DNA of 63,635 nt, filler included, from Chrysochromulina tobinii (lineage: Eukaryota), in the NCBI GenBank assembly GCA_001275005.1. It is 7 parts of 7 records of this genome, joined end to end, with 100 filler letters (N's around TTAATTAATTAA, not from the genome) between each part and the next. Parts side by side here need not be neighbours in the genome. Positions count along the whole stretch, not along the records: positions 1 to 16,726 come from JWZX01000010.1; positions 16,827 to 32,655 come from JWZX01000011.1; 5 more parts are not named here. One strand, 5' to 3'. The first letter of the stretch is position 1, and each line of letters begins with the position of its first letter. Shown here piece by piece: positions 11,538 through 22,096 of this stretch. The notes beneath the pieces are model-generated. The model saw only the letters and a list, made by a program, of their open reading frames with translations. It made no database searches and was not told the origin of the DNA. The translations under genes and the position numbers were made by a program.

Positions 11538-13039
11538 CCGCTGCCAACGCTACCAAGCCGCTTCTTGATGTGCCGCTCGCGCCGCCGCCGCCTGTCGTAC
11601 TTGGCTCACTGGACGCGCAGCTCGCCCTCAGCGCCGCAGGGTCGGACGCGGATGGCCGACTGTGCTTCGACCCATCCACGTGTCCACCAATGGCCTTGGG
11701 CGAAGGTTCGAGTCTTGAGCTCCTCGAGGTCGATGCGGCGCTCGCTGACGAAGATCTTCTCGTGTGCTCCGCACGCTACGCGTACCTAGCCGCGGCCGCG
11801 GGTGCGCCTCCACCGATTGGGGCGCTCATGTTCAGTGCGGAGGAGCGTTGGGCGACGGGCTTTGGGTATGCAGAAGGCGCCGGCGCTGCGGCTGAGGAAG
11901 CGGCGTTGCTTGCGGGTCTGGCCTCTGCGAGCTCGCCAGGTAGATCGAACTCCTTTTTGCCGATGCTGACGACGTCGTCACCTCTGCAGGTGGCGCCTCT
12001 GCCGCCGCCGCCCGGTCAGCGGATCCAGCGCACTTGGCCACACTCCCACGCAAGCGTGACCGTACTGTTCCGAGCCCTCGCCGCTGGCCATCCGCCGCCC
12101 GCCTCGCCGTCTCCCGCCTTGCCGCTCGCCTCGCCGCCGCTTCCCTCGCCGCTTCCCTCGCCGTCACCGATAATTGTGCAGCAGGACGGCAGCCGCGCGA
12201 CGCACGGAGGCCAACTAGCCGCCATCACGCAAGCAGTGCTGCGTACCGTCGCCGCCGCCCCCCCAGGCGCCACCCCCACCGCCACCGCCACCTCCGAGCA
12301 ACCGACAAGCATCCCGCTCGCGGTGCTCGGCACCTTCGTCTTCCCGACGGCAACCGCTGAGTTCTACATCTTTGAGCCCCGCTACCGGCTCTTGTTCGGC
12401 CGCCTCGCGACGAGCGGCGCCCCCTTCGCAATTGGCCCCATGAGCCCCTCGCCTCCGCCCCCGACGACGCGTGTGCCGACAGAGGCGGAGGCAGAGTTGA
12501 AGGGGAAGGAGTTGGAGGAGCAGGTGGAGGCGCCTCTTGGGCTGGCGACGCTTGCTGCCTTGGAAGAGCATACGCTGCTGCCTGACGGTCGCCTACGCAT
12601 CCGAGTGCGTGGGCTGCGCCGTTTCGACTTCAAGGAGGCGGCAGTGCTGCCCGCTTCGTTTGGGCTGTGGCTGGTGACACCGAGCAGATGGCTCGGGGGC
12701 GCTGACGAGGCCGCCGCCGCCGCCGCCGCCGCCCTTGGCGCCGCCCACCCACCATCGCCAATGCCCCGTGAGACGGCTGAGGACGAAGGGGCAGACACGC
12801 GTCGTCTCGGACCTGCTCTGGTCGCGCAGCTGGAGCAGGCGGCGCAGCGTCAGGGATGGTCGCTACGAGAGCTTGATGAGGCGGCGGGCTCGCCGCCCAT
12901 GCACTCGGACACCCAGCTTTCGTGGTGGCTCGCTTCTCTGCTACCCGCGCCCCCCGACGTCAAGCGCCGCTGGTTTGTTACCGAAGGTGCCTCGAGCCGC
13001 TTGAAAGTAATAGGAGACTGGATGAAGGACGCGCTCTGA
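10763..13039 (+). CDS. FIST-domain protein fused to a LON peptidase N-terminal substrate-binding domain
   Basis: FIST-like LVVLFSS, IISHGA, ELGGLPA, GALMFS. LON-N-like VFPTATAEFYIFEPRYRLL and DGRLRIRVRGLRRF. Start may be 10682. Confidence 0.7.
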
Positions 13040-13278
13040 AGCCGGAGAGTCGTGCGCCGTGCACAGTGGCTTCCGTTCGTAGAATCGAACTGTACGATGC
13101 CTATACGTTGCCCAGTACGTCGTAGTTATGAGAGGGTCCCCCAACACATTTCCGATGCGCCGTGCTGGGCGGTTATCGCCAATACGACGCGGCGCTGACT
13201 TTCGTCGCCGCAAAGAGCGTTGTGTGGCGTTTCATTGACATCGCACTTGACAAGCACCCAGGCCCACGCCCAACACAC

Positions 13279-15081
13279 ATGATCGATTCGGATGGCATGC
13301 CCGTGCCCTATTCAAAACAACCCCGTGGGCTCGCCACGCTTGCAAGGCCGGTGCGCAAGATTCCGTACAAGCTCCAATTGCTCAACCCCGAGCGGCGCAT
13401 GCCGCGCTCTCCGAGGATGACGCTCCCGCCTCTGCTCGAGTCCACTTCCTTGGGTAACATGAGCAGCATGAGCGGTTTCAGTGCGAGCAGCGTGGGCAGC
13501 ATGCATGCTTCGGCGAGCTTGCCAATGCTTTTGCACCGCGTGGATGCCGAGGTTTTGCGCTCGCGCTACGACGACCCCAAATTCTATCGTCGAGACCATC
13601 TCACCATTTGGGGCGGAGCCGACTATCAGCTCCACCTTAAGAAGAAGATCAAAGTAAAATCAAAGTACTTGAGCTTCCTTCCGGAACAAAACGTTGATGC
13701 AGCCGAGCGTGCCCGGCAACGCAAGCTCGAGTCTGTCAAGAAGCTCATGCGCGAGTCGGCCCGCATCTTCCAAAAGGCTGGTGCGCGCTCGCGGTCGGAT
13801 TGTCTGCGCCTGCTGAAGCAGACGCACGATGGGAAGGTGGTCCACCTGCGCCTACGCTCACATCCTCTTTTCCTGACCACCATTCTGTTGTGCTGTTGAG
13901 CAGATACCGACGGCGATGGACAACTCAACTTTGAGGAATTCTGCGATCTCGTCAAGCTTCAGAACGCGCTGCAGCGCCGGGCGCACGTGATGGCCGATCG
14001 TCATGATCGAGCTACTACCCCAGTGCAAGCCGAGCCGATGCCAAGCCGCGAAATGATGAAAGACTGGTTCCATCTTATCGACGCCAACCACAGCGGCGAG
14101 GTCTCGATGACCGAGTTCTTCGGCTTCTCGCTGCGCGAGGCGCTCAAGGCCGCGGACAGCGAGGCGCCCAACTTGCTTGCCTTCCTCTCCATCTGGGACA
14201 CAAACAAGGACGACGAACTGGACATCGTTGAACTGGAGAAGGTGACGACCGCGCTCGGCTTCGCGGCGATCACAAAAGAGCTCCTCGAGAACTGCGACAC
14301 CGTGAAAGACGGAACGGCGATCAAGATTGCGCAAGTGACAGCCGCCTTGCAGGACAAGGCGATACAGGGCGAGTCCAAGCCCTTTTTTGAGGTTGCCTCA
14401 CAGATCGCTCAGCGGCCGATTAGTAGCATCAGCAGCAGGAAAAAGAGCAGCATTCTCGCGAAGAAGAAGCCTCAAAAGGGACCCAACAGCGGCAGAAGTA
14501 ACGAAGCTCTGTTTCCGCAGATTGATGCGGATGCTGGCTTTGCGATCGTGGCGGCGCTCAGCCGGATTGATCAAAGGGCCAAGACGAAAACCTTTTACGA
14601 CCCGAAGGACGCGGCCGTGCGCATTTCCGAGGATGTCAGCCAGGCGCTGGCCATGCTGCGCAGCTGGATGCGAATGCAGGGCCTACGCGCGCTCGAGGTG
14701 TTCCAGTCGTGGGACCAATCGGGCGACCTGCTACTCACGCGGCGCGAGGTGCACGAAGGAATTGCGCGCTACGGCCTCGAATTCACGCCCGAGCTGACTA
14801 CGCTTGTCTTTGACCATATTGCCGACGGCTACAGGCTCAGATACGACGATTTCAAGGATTGGTTTGAGTCAACCAAATATTCGGGCCTCACGGAGGCCGA
14901 ACGCGAGCGGCGCGCGGCCGTGTACATCCAGAAGTTGATTCGGGGGCGCGCTGCGAAGCGGAAGGTAGCGGCGAGGAGGGATAGCCCGCCGGACAGTGCG
15001 ACACCAGGCACGGTGGTGGATCACTTTCCCGAGCCGCCAGCAAGTCGAGAGCCTCCCCCAGCTTCGCAGCAGAGCCCGTAG
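13279..15081 (+). CDS. EF-hand calcium-binding protein with C-terminal IQ motif; intron 13781-13903
   Basis: Splicing creates DTDGDGQLNFEEF. Further EF loops DANHSGEVSMTE, DTNKDDELDIVE, DQSGDLLLTRRE. IQ motif IQKLIRG. Confidence 0.8.
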
Positions 15082-15349
15082 CCGAGCGGCCACAGAGAGC
15101 TGTCAGCTGGCGGCGAGAGCATCCTGGGTGGTGGGGGTGGTATAAACAAACCCAGGATGGTATGTCTAACCCCAGGATGTTATAGGTATGCAAGTGACAT
15201 AACCGCCAGGATGTTATACCATCAACCATGACATAACTCATAGAATCACTATGGTATACTCCCAACCCAGTGAGTACAAATAATCCCATTCACAGGGTCA
15301 CAACACACAGCACGCATGTGATTCACGATTGCGCAGCACACACATCTGC

Positions 15350-16726
15350 ATGGCCGACACAGACCGCGTGGTCGCCGCCTCCGTCGCCGAGCGGCTCGGT
15401 TGTTTGCTGCGCAATGACCCGACATTTCCCCCCATTCCTCCAACCGCTGAAGCGTTACGGATTCTGGTGTCACGATTGCGCGGCCACTGCACGGCAGCGC
15501 CCACGGGGCCGTGGACTGGTTTCAGCTCTCCGCCGTCTCTGCATGCACTGCTTGCTCAGACGCAAGCAAGTGGTGCCGCAGCAGGTGTCCTTGCTCCGCA
15601 GGCGATGACCCTTGGGCGCATCGCTCAAGTTCGCGGTGGCAGTGCTCTTGTGCATGTGCTGGGCGTTTGGGCCGAGGGCACTCGGCCAGCGCAAACTGCG
15701 CCGACGTCAGTCGCGGCAGCGTCGCCTCCTTTGGTCGCAGTACTGCACGGCACGCGCGCGAGGCCGGACTGCGAGGTCGTCTTCGGCGGCGCCGACGGAA
15801 CCGTGAGGCTGCCTTCGTGGGCGGTGGAGGGTGCGACGCTCGTGGCTGTCGTTGTGTCGGCCTCAAATGGACGAGTCGCCCTGTCGCTTCGGCAGTCCGA
15901 TGTACTGCAGGACGACGACGAGAACGGCGCGCGGGCGCTACTGGGGCTGCTCGAGAGGCCGAGCGGTGACAGTGCCAAAGGTAGAGTCGCTCTCGCCGAT
16001 GGCGGTGCGGTCGGCCGCACCCTGGCTAAATTGGCATCAACTTTGGCGAGCGAGGCGGCAGCAGCGGCAGCAGCAGCGGCGACAGCAGCAGCACCAGGAG
16101 GGTGGACGGCAAGAGGGGAGCCCGCACCGTCGTCGGCCGCATTGTCGGACGCGTCGTCCTCGGCCGCTTTGTCGGCGGCCTTGGCGGCGGCGGCGTCGCA
16201 CGCGTCGTGTTGGGCACCCACGCTCGAGGAGGCGCTACAGCAACAGCGGTGCTATCACGACCCACGCGCCCCGCAACGGATGCTGAAGGCGATCGGGCTT
16301 CCGCCGCTGCTGAGCGCTCTGCCGGTGGGCTCCGCCGCGGCGGTGGCGCGCGCGGGCGCGTACGTGGCAGTTCGCGAGGCACAGAACGCTCATTGGGCGA
16401 GTGAGACAGTGGCGCTTGGGATTGCCCATGCCAAGGCGGGGCGCCTGCGCGAAGCACTCGCGGCGTACGAACATGCCCTCGCGCTCGACAGCACGCACGC
16501 TGATGCCTACGTGGCGCGCGGCGCCGCGCACGCCAACGCCGGACGGTTTCATGAAGCCATCCGCGACTTTGAATGTGGCCTGCGCCACATGCCCGCGCAT
16601 CCGAATGCTGCGCATTATCTCGAGGCGACTAGATCCATGCTGCGGCAGCGCGAGCCTCCGCGTTCACCACGGGCGCTCGCCGGTGCGGCCCAGCAACCGC
16701 CGCTGCTGCAGCCGCAGCATCAACCG
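15350..16726 (+). CDS. TTC14: TTC14-like TPR protein, 3'-truncated at contig end
   Basis: QNAHWASETVALG..AYEHALALD..AYVARGA..AIRDFE..HPNAAHYL TPR block preceded by an S1-like region. Confidence 0.65.
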
Positions 16727-16826
16727 NNNNNNNNNNNNNNNNNNNNNNNNNNNNNNNNNNNNNNNNNNNNTTAATTAATTAANNNNNNNNNNNNNNNNNN
16801 NNNNNNNNNNNNNNNNNNNNNNNNNN
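16727..16826. other. Artificial contig spacer
   Basis: N44-TTAATTAATTAA-N44. Confidence 0.99.
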
Positions 16827-16965
16827 CCCGTTTCTCCGGGCCCCCCCCCCCCCTCCCCCCCCGGTGACAATGTCGCGGAGACTCACTGTAACACGAGGTA
16901 GAGAACACTACGCTTTTTTCGTGATTGAAGGGTTGAAGAGTACTTGCGTTTCCGTAAGGACCCCC

Positions 16966-18732
16966 TTAGGGCAGGACAAGGAAGAGCTGCCAAAACCACT
17001 CCCGCCCCATGCGCAGCTCGCCCGTCTGCGCGTCGTACGCATCAGCCGGACATGCAAAGTGTACGTCCGGTTTCGGGGTGCCATCCTTGGGCGGTCGCGC
17101 GAGGAACTTGAGAGCCGCCTGCGCCTCGGCGTGGGTAAGCCTGCCGTCGCCGTCCGCGTCATGGCGCATGAAGAGCATATTCGCGTACAAGGCGACGAAG
17201 AGGCGCTTGTCGGCGTACCGCTCGCCGAAACTCCAATCGCCGATGGCGCTGGCAGCGAAGAGCTCGTCGAGCGCCGTGCGCGCGGCTGCCGGGAGCGCTC
17301 CCTCGGCACCGTACAGCTCACGAGCGAAGCCTGCAGCGAGATCTTCCAGCGAAATGCGCCCGTCCGCATCCGCATCGAGCCGTGTGAAGCACGCCCTCAC
17401 ACGCGCGGGGACGCCCGGTATGGCCGGCGCAGCCACCGGCATGGCGACGGCAGAGGGGGGCAGCGTGGTCACGGGTGCATCGACGACGACGGGGAGCAGC
17501 GCATGTGCTGTCGACCCATCCGCCGGCTCGGGTTCCACAGCACCACCCGTTGGCGCCAGCATGGGCGAGGCGGCCACCGGAGGGTCTGCGGACCCGAGAG
17601 ATGAACCAAGTGATGGAGGGTCGCGCAGCGCCTGCTGCGCCTGCTGCGCCTGCTGCGCCTGCTGCGCCTGCTGCGCCTGCTGCGGCCAGACCAGCTGCAT
17701 GGCTCGCAGATGCGCGTCGCGCCGAGCTTCATTCAGTTGTGCAACAAAGGCACCGACCGATCGGGGCGCCGGCTTCGTCACCGGTGTCGCCTCGGGCATG
17801 GCGCCGTGGTGGGCCCTTGCATGCAGCGCTGCCAGAGGCGCCACGGCTAGCTGCGGCATGGGCACGTGCGGCGACGCGCGGCAAAAGTACGGCGCTGAGA
17901 GGCGGGGAGCGCCTTGACGGCTCACCTTGTGCGGCAGCGGCGCCGGGCCGCCCATCTCCGCGAGAGTCGAGCCCGCGAACAGGATGGCTTCGTCACTCCC
18001 CATGCGCTCTTCCACAGCCACCCACTCGCCGCGGCCCACGTCCTGAACGAGCAGACCGGGGAGGGTCGCTCGAGGTGCGAGCGTGAGGAGGCCCAGGTCG
18101 CAATGGGCAGGGTACTCCGTGTCCTCGGTGTACTGGTGCACGCGCAGCATCGACGCGCTGAACGTGTCGCCGTGCTCCGCGCCACGGCCCTCGCATTCGG
18201 CGTCAAGGAGGGTGGCGACCGCGGCGTTGGAGGCGGCCAGCGCTCGGAGCACTTCTTCGCACACGTCGTGGAAGGCGGCCGACAAGGACGCTCCCGACCG
18301 AAATAGTGCCGCCGAGGGCGTCGCGGTCGACGGCAGCGTGGCGTTGCCCGCGCGTGGATGCAGCTCCATGAACTCTCGGCCTCGCTCGAAAACGTAGCCG
18401 TTGCGGCTGTCAATATGCTGGCGCTCCGGTGGCGGCACATGCGAGTCGCGCGCTGCTTCTGGGCTCGCAAAGAAGCTCGCCGCATTGCAGAACAGCTCCG
18501 TCACCTTCGTGGACTGGGCGGGAGTGAGCCGGATGCGGGCGTAGCCGTGGGTGTGCAGGTGCTTGCAAGCCCACGTAGCAAAGTCCGGAGCAGATGGACA
18601 TAAGACTGGAGGCCCAAGTGCTTCTTTGTGCCGGCGCCGATGCGTCCTAATCAGGACAAGCAGCGAAATGGCTGCACTGCATACGACAAGGGTCGCCGAC
18701 GCACGATGCATGACGATGCTAGGCACCAGCAT
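16966..18732 (-). CDS. 2OG-Fe(II) oxygenase (IPNS-like) fused to a C-terminal EF-hand domain
   Basis: MLRVHQY, AHCDLGLLTL (HxD), LPHKV (His), RLSAPYF (RxS). EF loops DADADGRISLED and DADGDGRLTHAE. N-terminal hydrophobic anchor. Confidence 0.85.
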   Translation of the reverse strand: MLVPSIVMHRASATLVVCSAAISLLVLIRTHRRRHKEALGPPVLCPSAPDFATWACKHLHTHGYARIRLTPAQSTKVTELFCNAASFFASPEAARDSHVPPPERQHIDSRNGYVFERGREFMELHPRAGNATLPSTATPSAALFRSGASLSAAFHDVCEEVLRALAASNAAVATLLDAECEGRGAEHGDTFSASMLRVHQYTEDTEYPAHCDLGLLTLAPRATLPGLLVQDVGRGEWVAVEERMGSDEAILFAGSTLAEMGGPAPLPHKVSRQGAPRLSAPYFCRASPHVPMPQLAVAPLAALHARAHHGAMPEATPVTKPAPRSVGAFVAQLNEARRDAHLRAMQLVWPQQAQQAQQAQQAQQAQQALRDPPSLGSSLGSADPPVAASPMLAPTGGAVEPEPADGSTAHALLPVVVDAPVTTLPPSAVAMPVAAPAIPGVPARVRACFTRLDADADGRISLEDLAAGFARELYGAEGALPAAARTALDELFAASAIGDWSFGERYADKRLFVALYANMLFMRHDADGDGRLTHAEAQAALKFLARPPKDGTPKPDVHFACPADAYDAQTGELRMGREWFWQLFLVLP

Positions 18733-19754
18733 ACTCGCGATCTTCGAGTGCCACTATTAGCGAGCACCCCAAGGCTCAATGAGCACTCGCCTGGCACGGT
18801 CTCGTGATCGAGGTGGGAACTTGTGGTTAGCCCCGCGAGGCTGTTTTGTATAGCGGCCAGTCGACCTTGTGGGTTGGACACTTTGAAGTAACTTCACTAC
18901 TATAACTGTCATGACGATTGAGAGATTTTCAACATGAAGTACTTCTGGTCGACAATTGCTGGTCGATTGTGAATCAGAGTATGTATGACGTGTTGAAATG
19001 GTCGGGGCAAGGTACATTGTGCTGCTGGCTTCGAGTGCACATTCGAAGGCTTCAAGTAATGGGTTCTGTCTGTAGTATCGGTCTAGTTGCCTTGCTACCG
19101 CGCGGAGGCCGGAGCCGAAAAAGGGACGCAGGAAGAGGAGCCGAGGTTAAGCCGAGGTGCGAGGACGCCCGACGCGCGTCACGGGACAGGGGCCACGAGA
19201 GTGTCATGCAATCATGGCGATCGAGCGTGTTTTCCGCGCGCGTCACCGTCCGCGGGCACCAGGCGACGGCACAGAAACGCCACAGATCGATAAACAGATA
19301 GGACAGGGGTCAGCCGCATGTGTGTGACTCGGTGTCGCCGAGGCCTACCCATTAAGAATCTCAAGGGCCTACGACACACACAGACGACCTGGGGACGACC
19401 TGGGGCCAACGAGGCACCCGGCGCTAGTACCGACCGGTATGTCCGCGCGAACTGCACATATCACCTCTCTCACCTCTCTACTGCTGCACTTTACACGGGT
19501 GGCAGCGCGGCCGACGCATCGCTACACAACACATACCCCAGGGGCTTCACACGCCCCCGCGCACATGGGCCCTGTCACTGTCGGCTGATGGGATGTGAGC
19601 CACATCTTCCACCGCGCAAGGACCCCGGCAGACACACGCTTCAGACCCATTCGGATCGCGGTGGTTGTGGAACGCCCATGCAGGGCCGTTTGAAGTGCCG
19701 AGGGATCCTCTAAAGGGAACGCTGTTGCTCGCGCCCGGGCGGCACAATGTGGGC

Positions 19755-20279
19755 TCAGTCCCAGCCGCCGCAGTCGCCGCCCCATCCCCCACCGTCGCCG
19801 CCCCATCCCCCATCACCCCCATCCATGGCCGCACCGAGCATCATGCCGCCGATCAGACCGCCCGCAAGGCCGACGCCAAGGCCGCCGTCGCCGCCGTAGT
19901 AGCCGCCGCCGCCGCCGTAGTAGCCGCCGCCGGTGTGGATGACCGTGGTGGCCGGCTGCTGGACGATCACCTGCGGCTGCTGCTGAATGACCACCTGGGG
20001 CGGCGGTGGTGGCGGCATCATCATTTGCATCTGCGGCTGCTGCATCATCTGCTGCTGCTGCTGCATCATCTGCGGCTGCCGCGCGGGCATCGGGACCTGC
20101 ATTTGGAACGTCTGGCCCGGGTAGAGGCCCTGAGGGATCTGCACTTGCATGAGCCCCGCCGGGGTCTGCACTTGGATCATCATGCCGCCCATCATGCCCT
20201 GCGGTACCTGCACTGACATCAGCATCGGCTGCGGCTGCGCCATCACTGGCTGCGCCATCTGCACATTAGGGTCATACAT
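19755..20279 (-). CDS. Small Q/P/G-rich protein
   Basis: SVQVPQGMMGGMMIQVQTPAGLMQVQIPQGLYPGQTF module and Gly-zipper tail GLAGGLIGGMMLG; strong GC3 bias. Confidence 0.7.
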   Translation of the reverse strand: MYDPNVQMAQPVMAQPQPMLMSVQVPQGMMGGMMIQVQTPAGLMQVQIPQGLYPGQTFQMQVPMPARQPQMMQQQQQMMQQPQMQMMMPPPPPPQVVIQQQPQVIVQQPATTVIHTGGGYYGGGGGYYGGDGGLGVGLAGGLIGGMMLGAAMDGGDGGWGGDGGGWGGDCGGWD

Positions 20280-20382
20280 CAGGAATGTACGAAGAGCAGA
20301 CGAAGAGTGCTGCTGGGCGTGCGCGCTCGGTTTGCCACCTCGACAGTGCGATGAAAAAAAGACAAGTTTTGCGAGCAGGAGC

Positions 20383-21024
20383 ATGACGGACACCGCGATG
20401 GCCAACGTCTCTCTCGAGGGCGTGCCAACCGTCGAGGTTATCAAGCCGGCCAATACTGGGATGCCGCCCGGCCGCGTGCGCTTTGCCTTCAAGAAGCTGG
20501 ACGCGGACAATTCTGGTGGCGTCGACCTTGACGAGCTCAAGACAGGACTAGCCAAGGAGTTTGGAGTGGACGAGCTCGCGCCGCATGTCATCGCGGCGAT
20601 GGAAGAGAAGTACAACCTGCATGCTGAAGAGAAGGATGGCAAGAAGGTTCTGACGGCCAAAGTCTTCGGGCGCTACTTTTGCGAGGTGATGTTCAGGCAT
20701 TTTGACAAGGACAACAGTGGCACGCTTGAACTGGCGGAGGTGCAGGAGGCGCTCAAGTTTCTGGTCAAGCCTGACGCGGATGGCAACAAGGTGGCGCCCA
20801 TCATCGCCTTTCCGCCCGAGCTCACCACGGAGAGCGGCGAGGTCCACCTGCCGATCTCTTGGTTTTGGCCGTGCGTGCATGCCGACTCGAACCCACGCCC
20901 GCCCCCCCCCGCGCGCGCTCTGCGCACGCATGCCACCGCTCGTGTCGTGCGGCTCAGCACGTGCTGTGTGTGTGTGTGCCCGTCCGTCCGCCCACCCTCC
21001 AGGGTCTTCGCGTCGATGCCCTGA
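20383..21024 (+). CDS. Small EF-hand protein; intron 20871-21002
   Basis: DADNSGGVDLDE and DKDNSGTLELAE loops. GT..CAG intron gives the C-terminus WFWPVFASMP. Confidence 0.85.
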   Translation: MTDTAMANVSLEGVPTVEVIKPANTGMPPGRVRFAFKKLDADNSGGVDLDELKTGLAKEFGVDELAPHVIAAMEEKYNLHAEEKDGKKVLTAKVFGRYFCEVMFRHFDKDNSGTLELAEVQEALKFLVKPDADGNKVAPIIAFPPELTTESGEVHLPISWFWPCVHADSNPRPPPPARALRTHATARVVRLSTCCVCVCPSVRPPSRVFASMP

Positions 21025-22096
21025 GGACGTACGCATTAGGATCTTTACTTGGGACGCTTTATTCACTAGTAGAGGAACGCCGGCGGCGAGAGACGAGACC
21101 GGATGTGTATACTGTGCCGCATGTGTGTGTCGATTTATAGAGCCGCCGACTCGTCGTGCAAGGCCGCTTCAGCTCCAGCTCATAACCAGCTCAGAGCCTA
21201 CCGTGCGCGCGCACACCCGAGGACTTACCGAGGACCCAGTCCACCTTGTGAAAATTCTGATCAGGTCCCGTAGAGTTCTAGCGACCCTTTTTTTCACGGG
21301 GAGACCCTTTTTTTCAGAGGGAGGGTCTCCCCTTGCCCGCCCCTTAGAGAAAAAAAGGGTGCTACTTTTTTTTTTTCAGAGGGCATCTTGTGTTCATTAT
21401 GTAGATTTCCGTACTGCAGTGTGCGTCATACGTCGACCACTGCAGTACGGAAACCTACATAATGAACACAAGATGCCCTGTACGACACACGCGAGTATGC
21501 ACAGTGCTCCCCTACGCAAGAAGAGTGATGCCTCTCGGATCATCAGACCGGTCGGGATATCTCACGAGGCGACTCCGGAATGCCGTGAGCCGTCCATGCG
21601 ACGCTATCTGCGCCATCCTGGAGCCATCTACTGTCCTGCGCCTCGTGCGCTGTGGGCGGTGCTGAAGCCATGCTGCCGGTTCTGCGATGACCTGCACGCG
21701 ATCGTTGAGCCCACTACCCCGAAGATGCAGCGTCTCAGCCCCCCAGCAGGCTGTAGCGGATGCTCCGTGGGCGGCAAGCCTGACAGCTGCCTTCTAGATG
21801 GCGGCTCCACTCACATTGGCGCACGCACGTCTCTGCGGACCTGCTGAAGGGATTTGACAACACTTGTCCTGAGCGCCATGGGCTAGTCAGGTGGTGGTGT
21901 ATCTCCAGTGCGCGCGCGGGGCTGATCCGGACGATAGTTACCGCGCACCAGCCTTTCGCTCGCTGGCGTTCTCGGACAGAGGTTTTCGCCGTCGTGTGTT
22001 GGAGTCGCTCAGTGAGCGACGACCTGGCTTTTCGTTAGAAAAAAACGGGTTCACACGAGTCAAATTCACAGTGTGGTTCGTTTGGCGCCACCCGCG

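Noticed and set aside
19304..19574. CAGGG..CCCTG-bounded segment as a hAT-like MITE
   Set aside because: The inverted match is short and gapped, with no TSD and no second copy in the window.
20702..21847. 381-aa ORF and poly-T/A inverted tracts near 21280-21380
   Set aside because: The ORF crosses an intron and homopolymers and has no protein-like signal; the repeat is too degenerate to classify.
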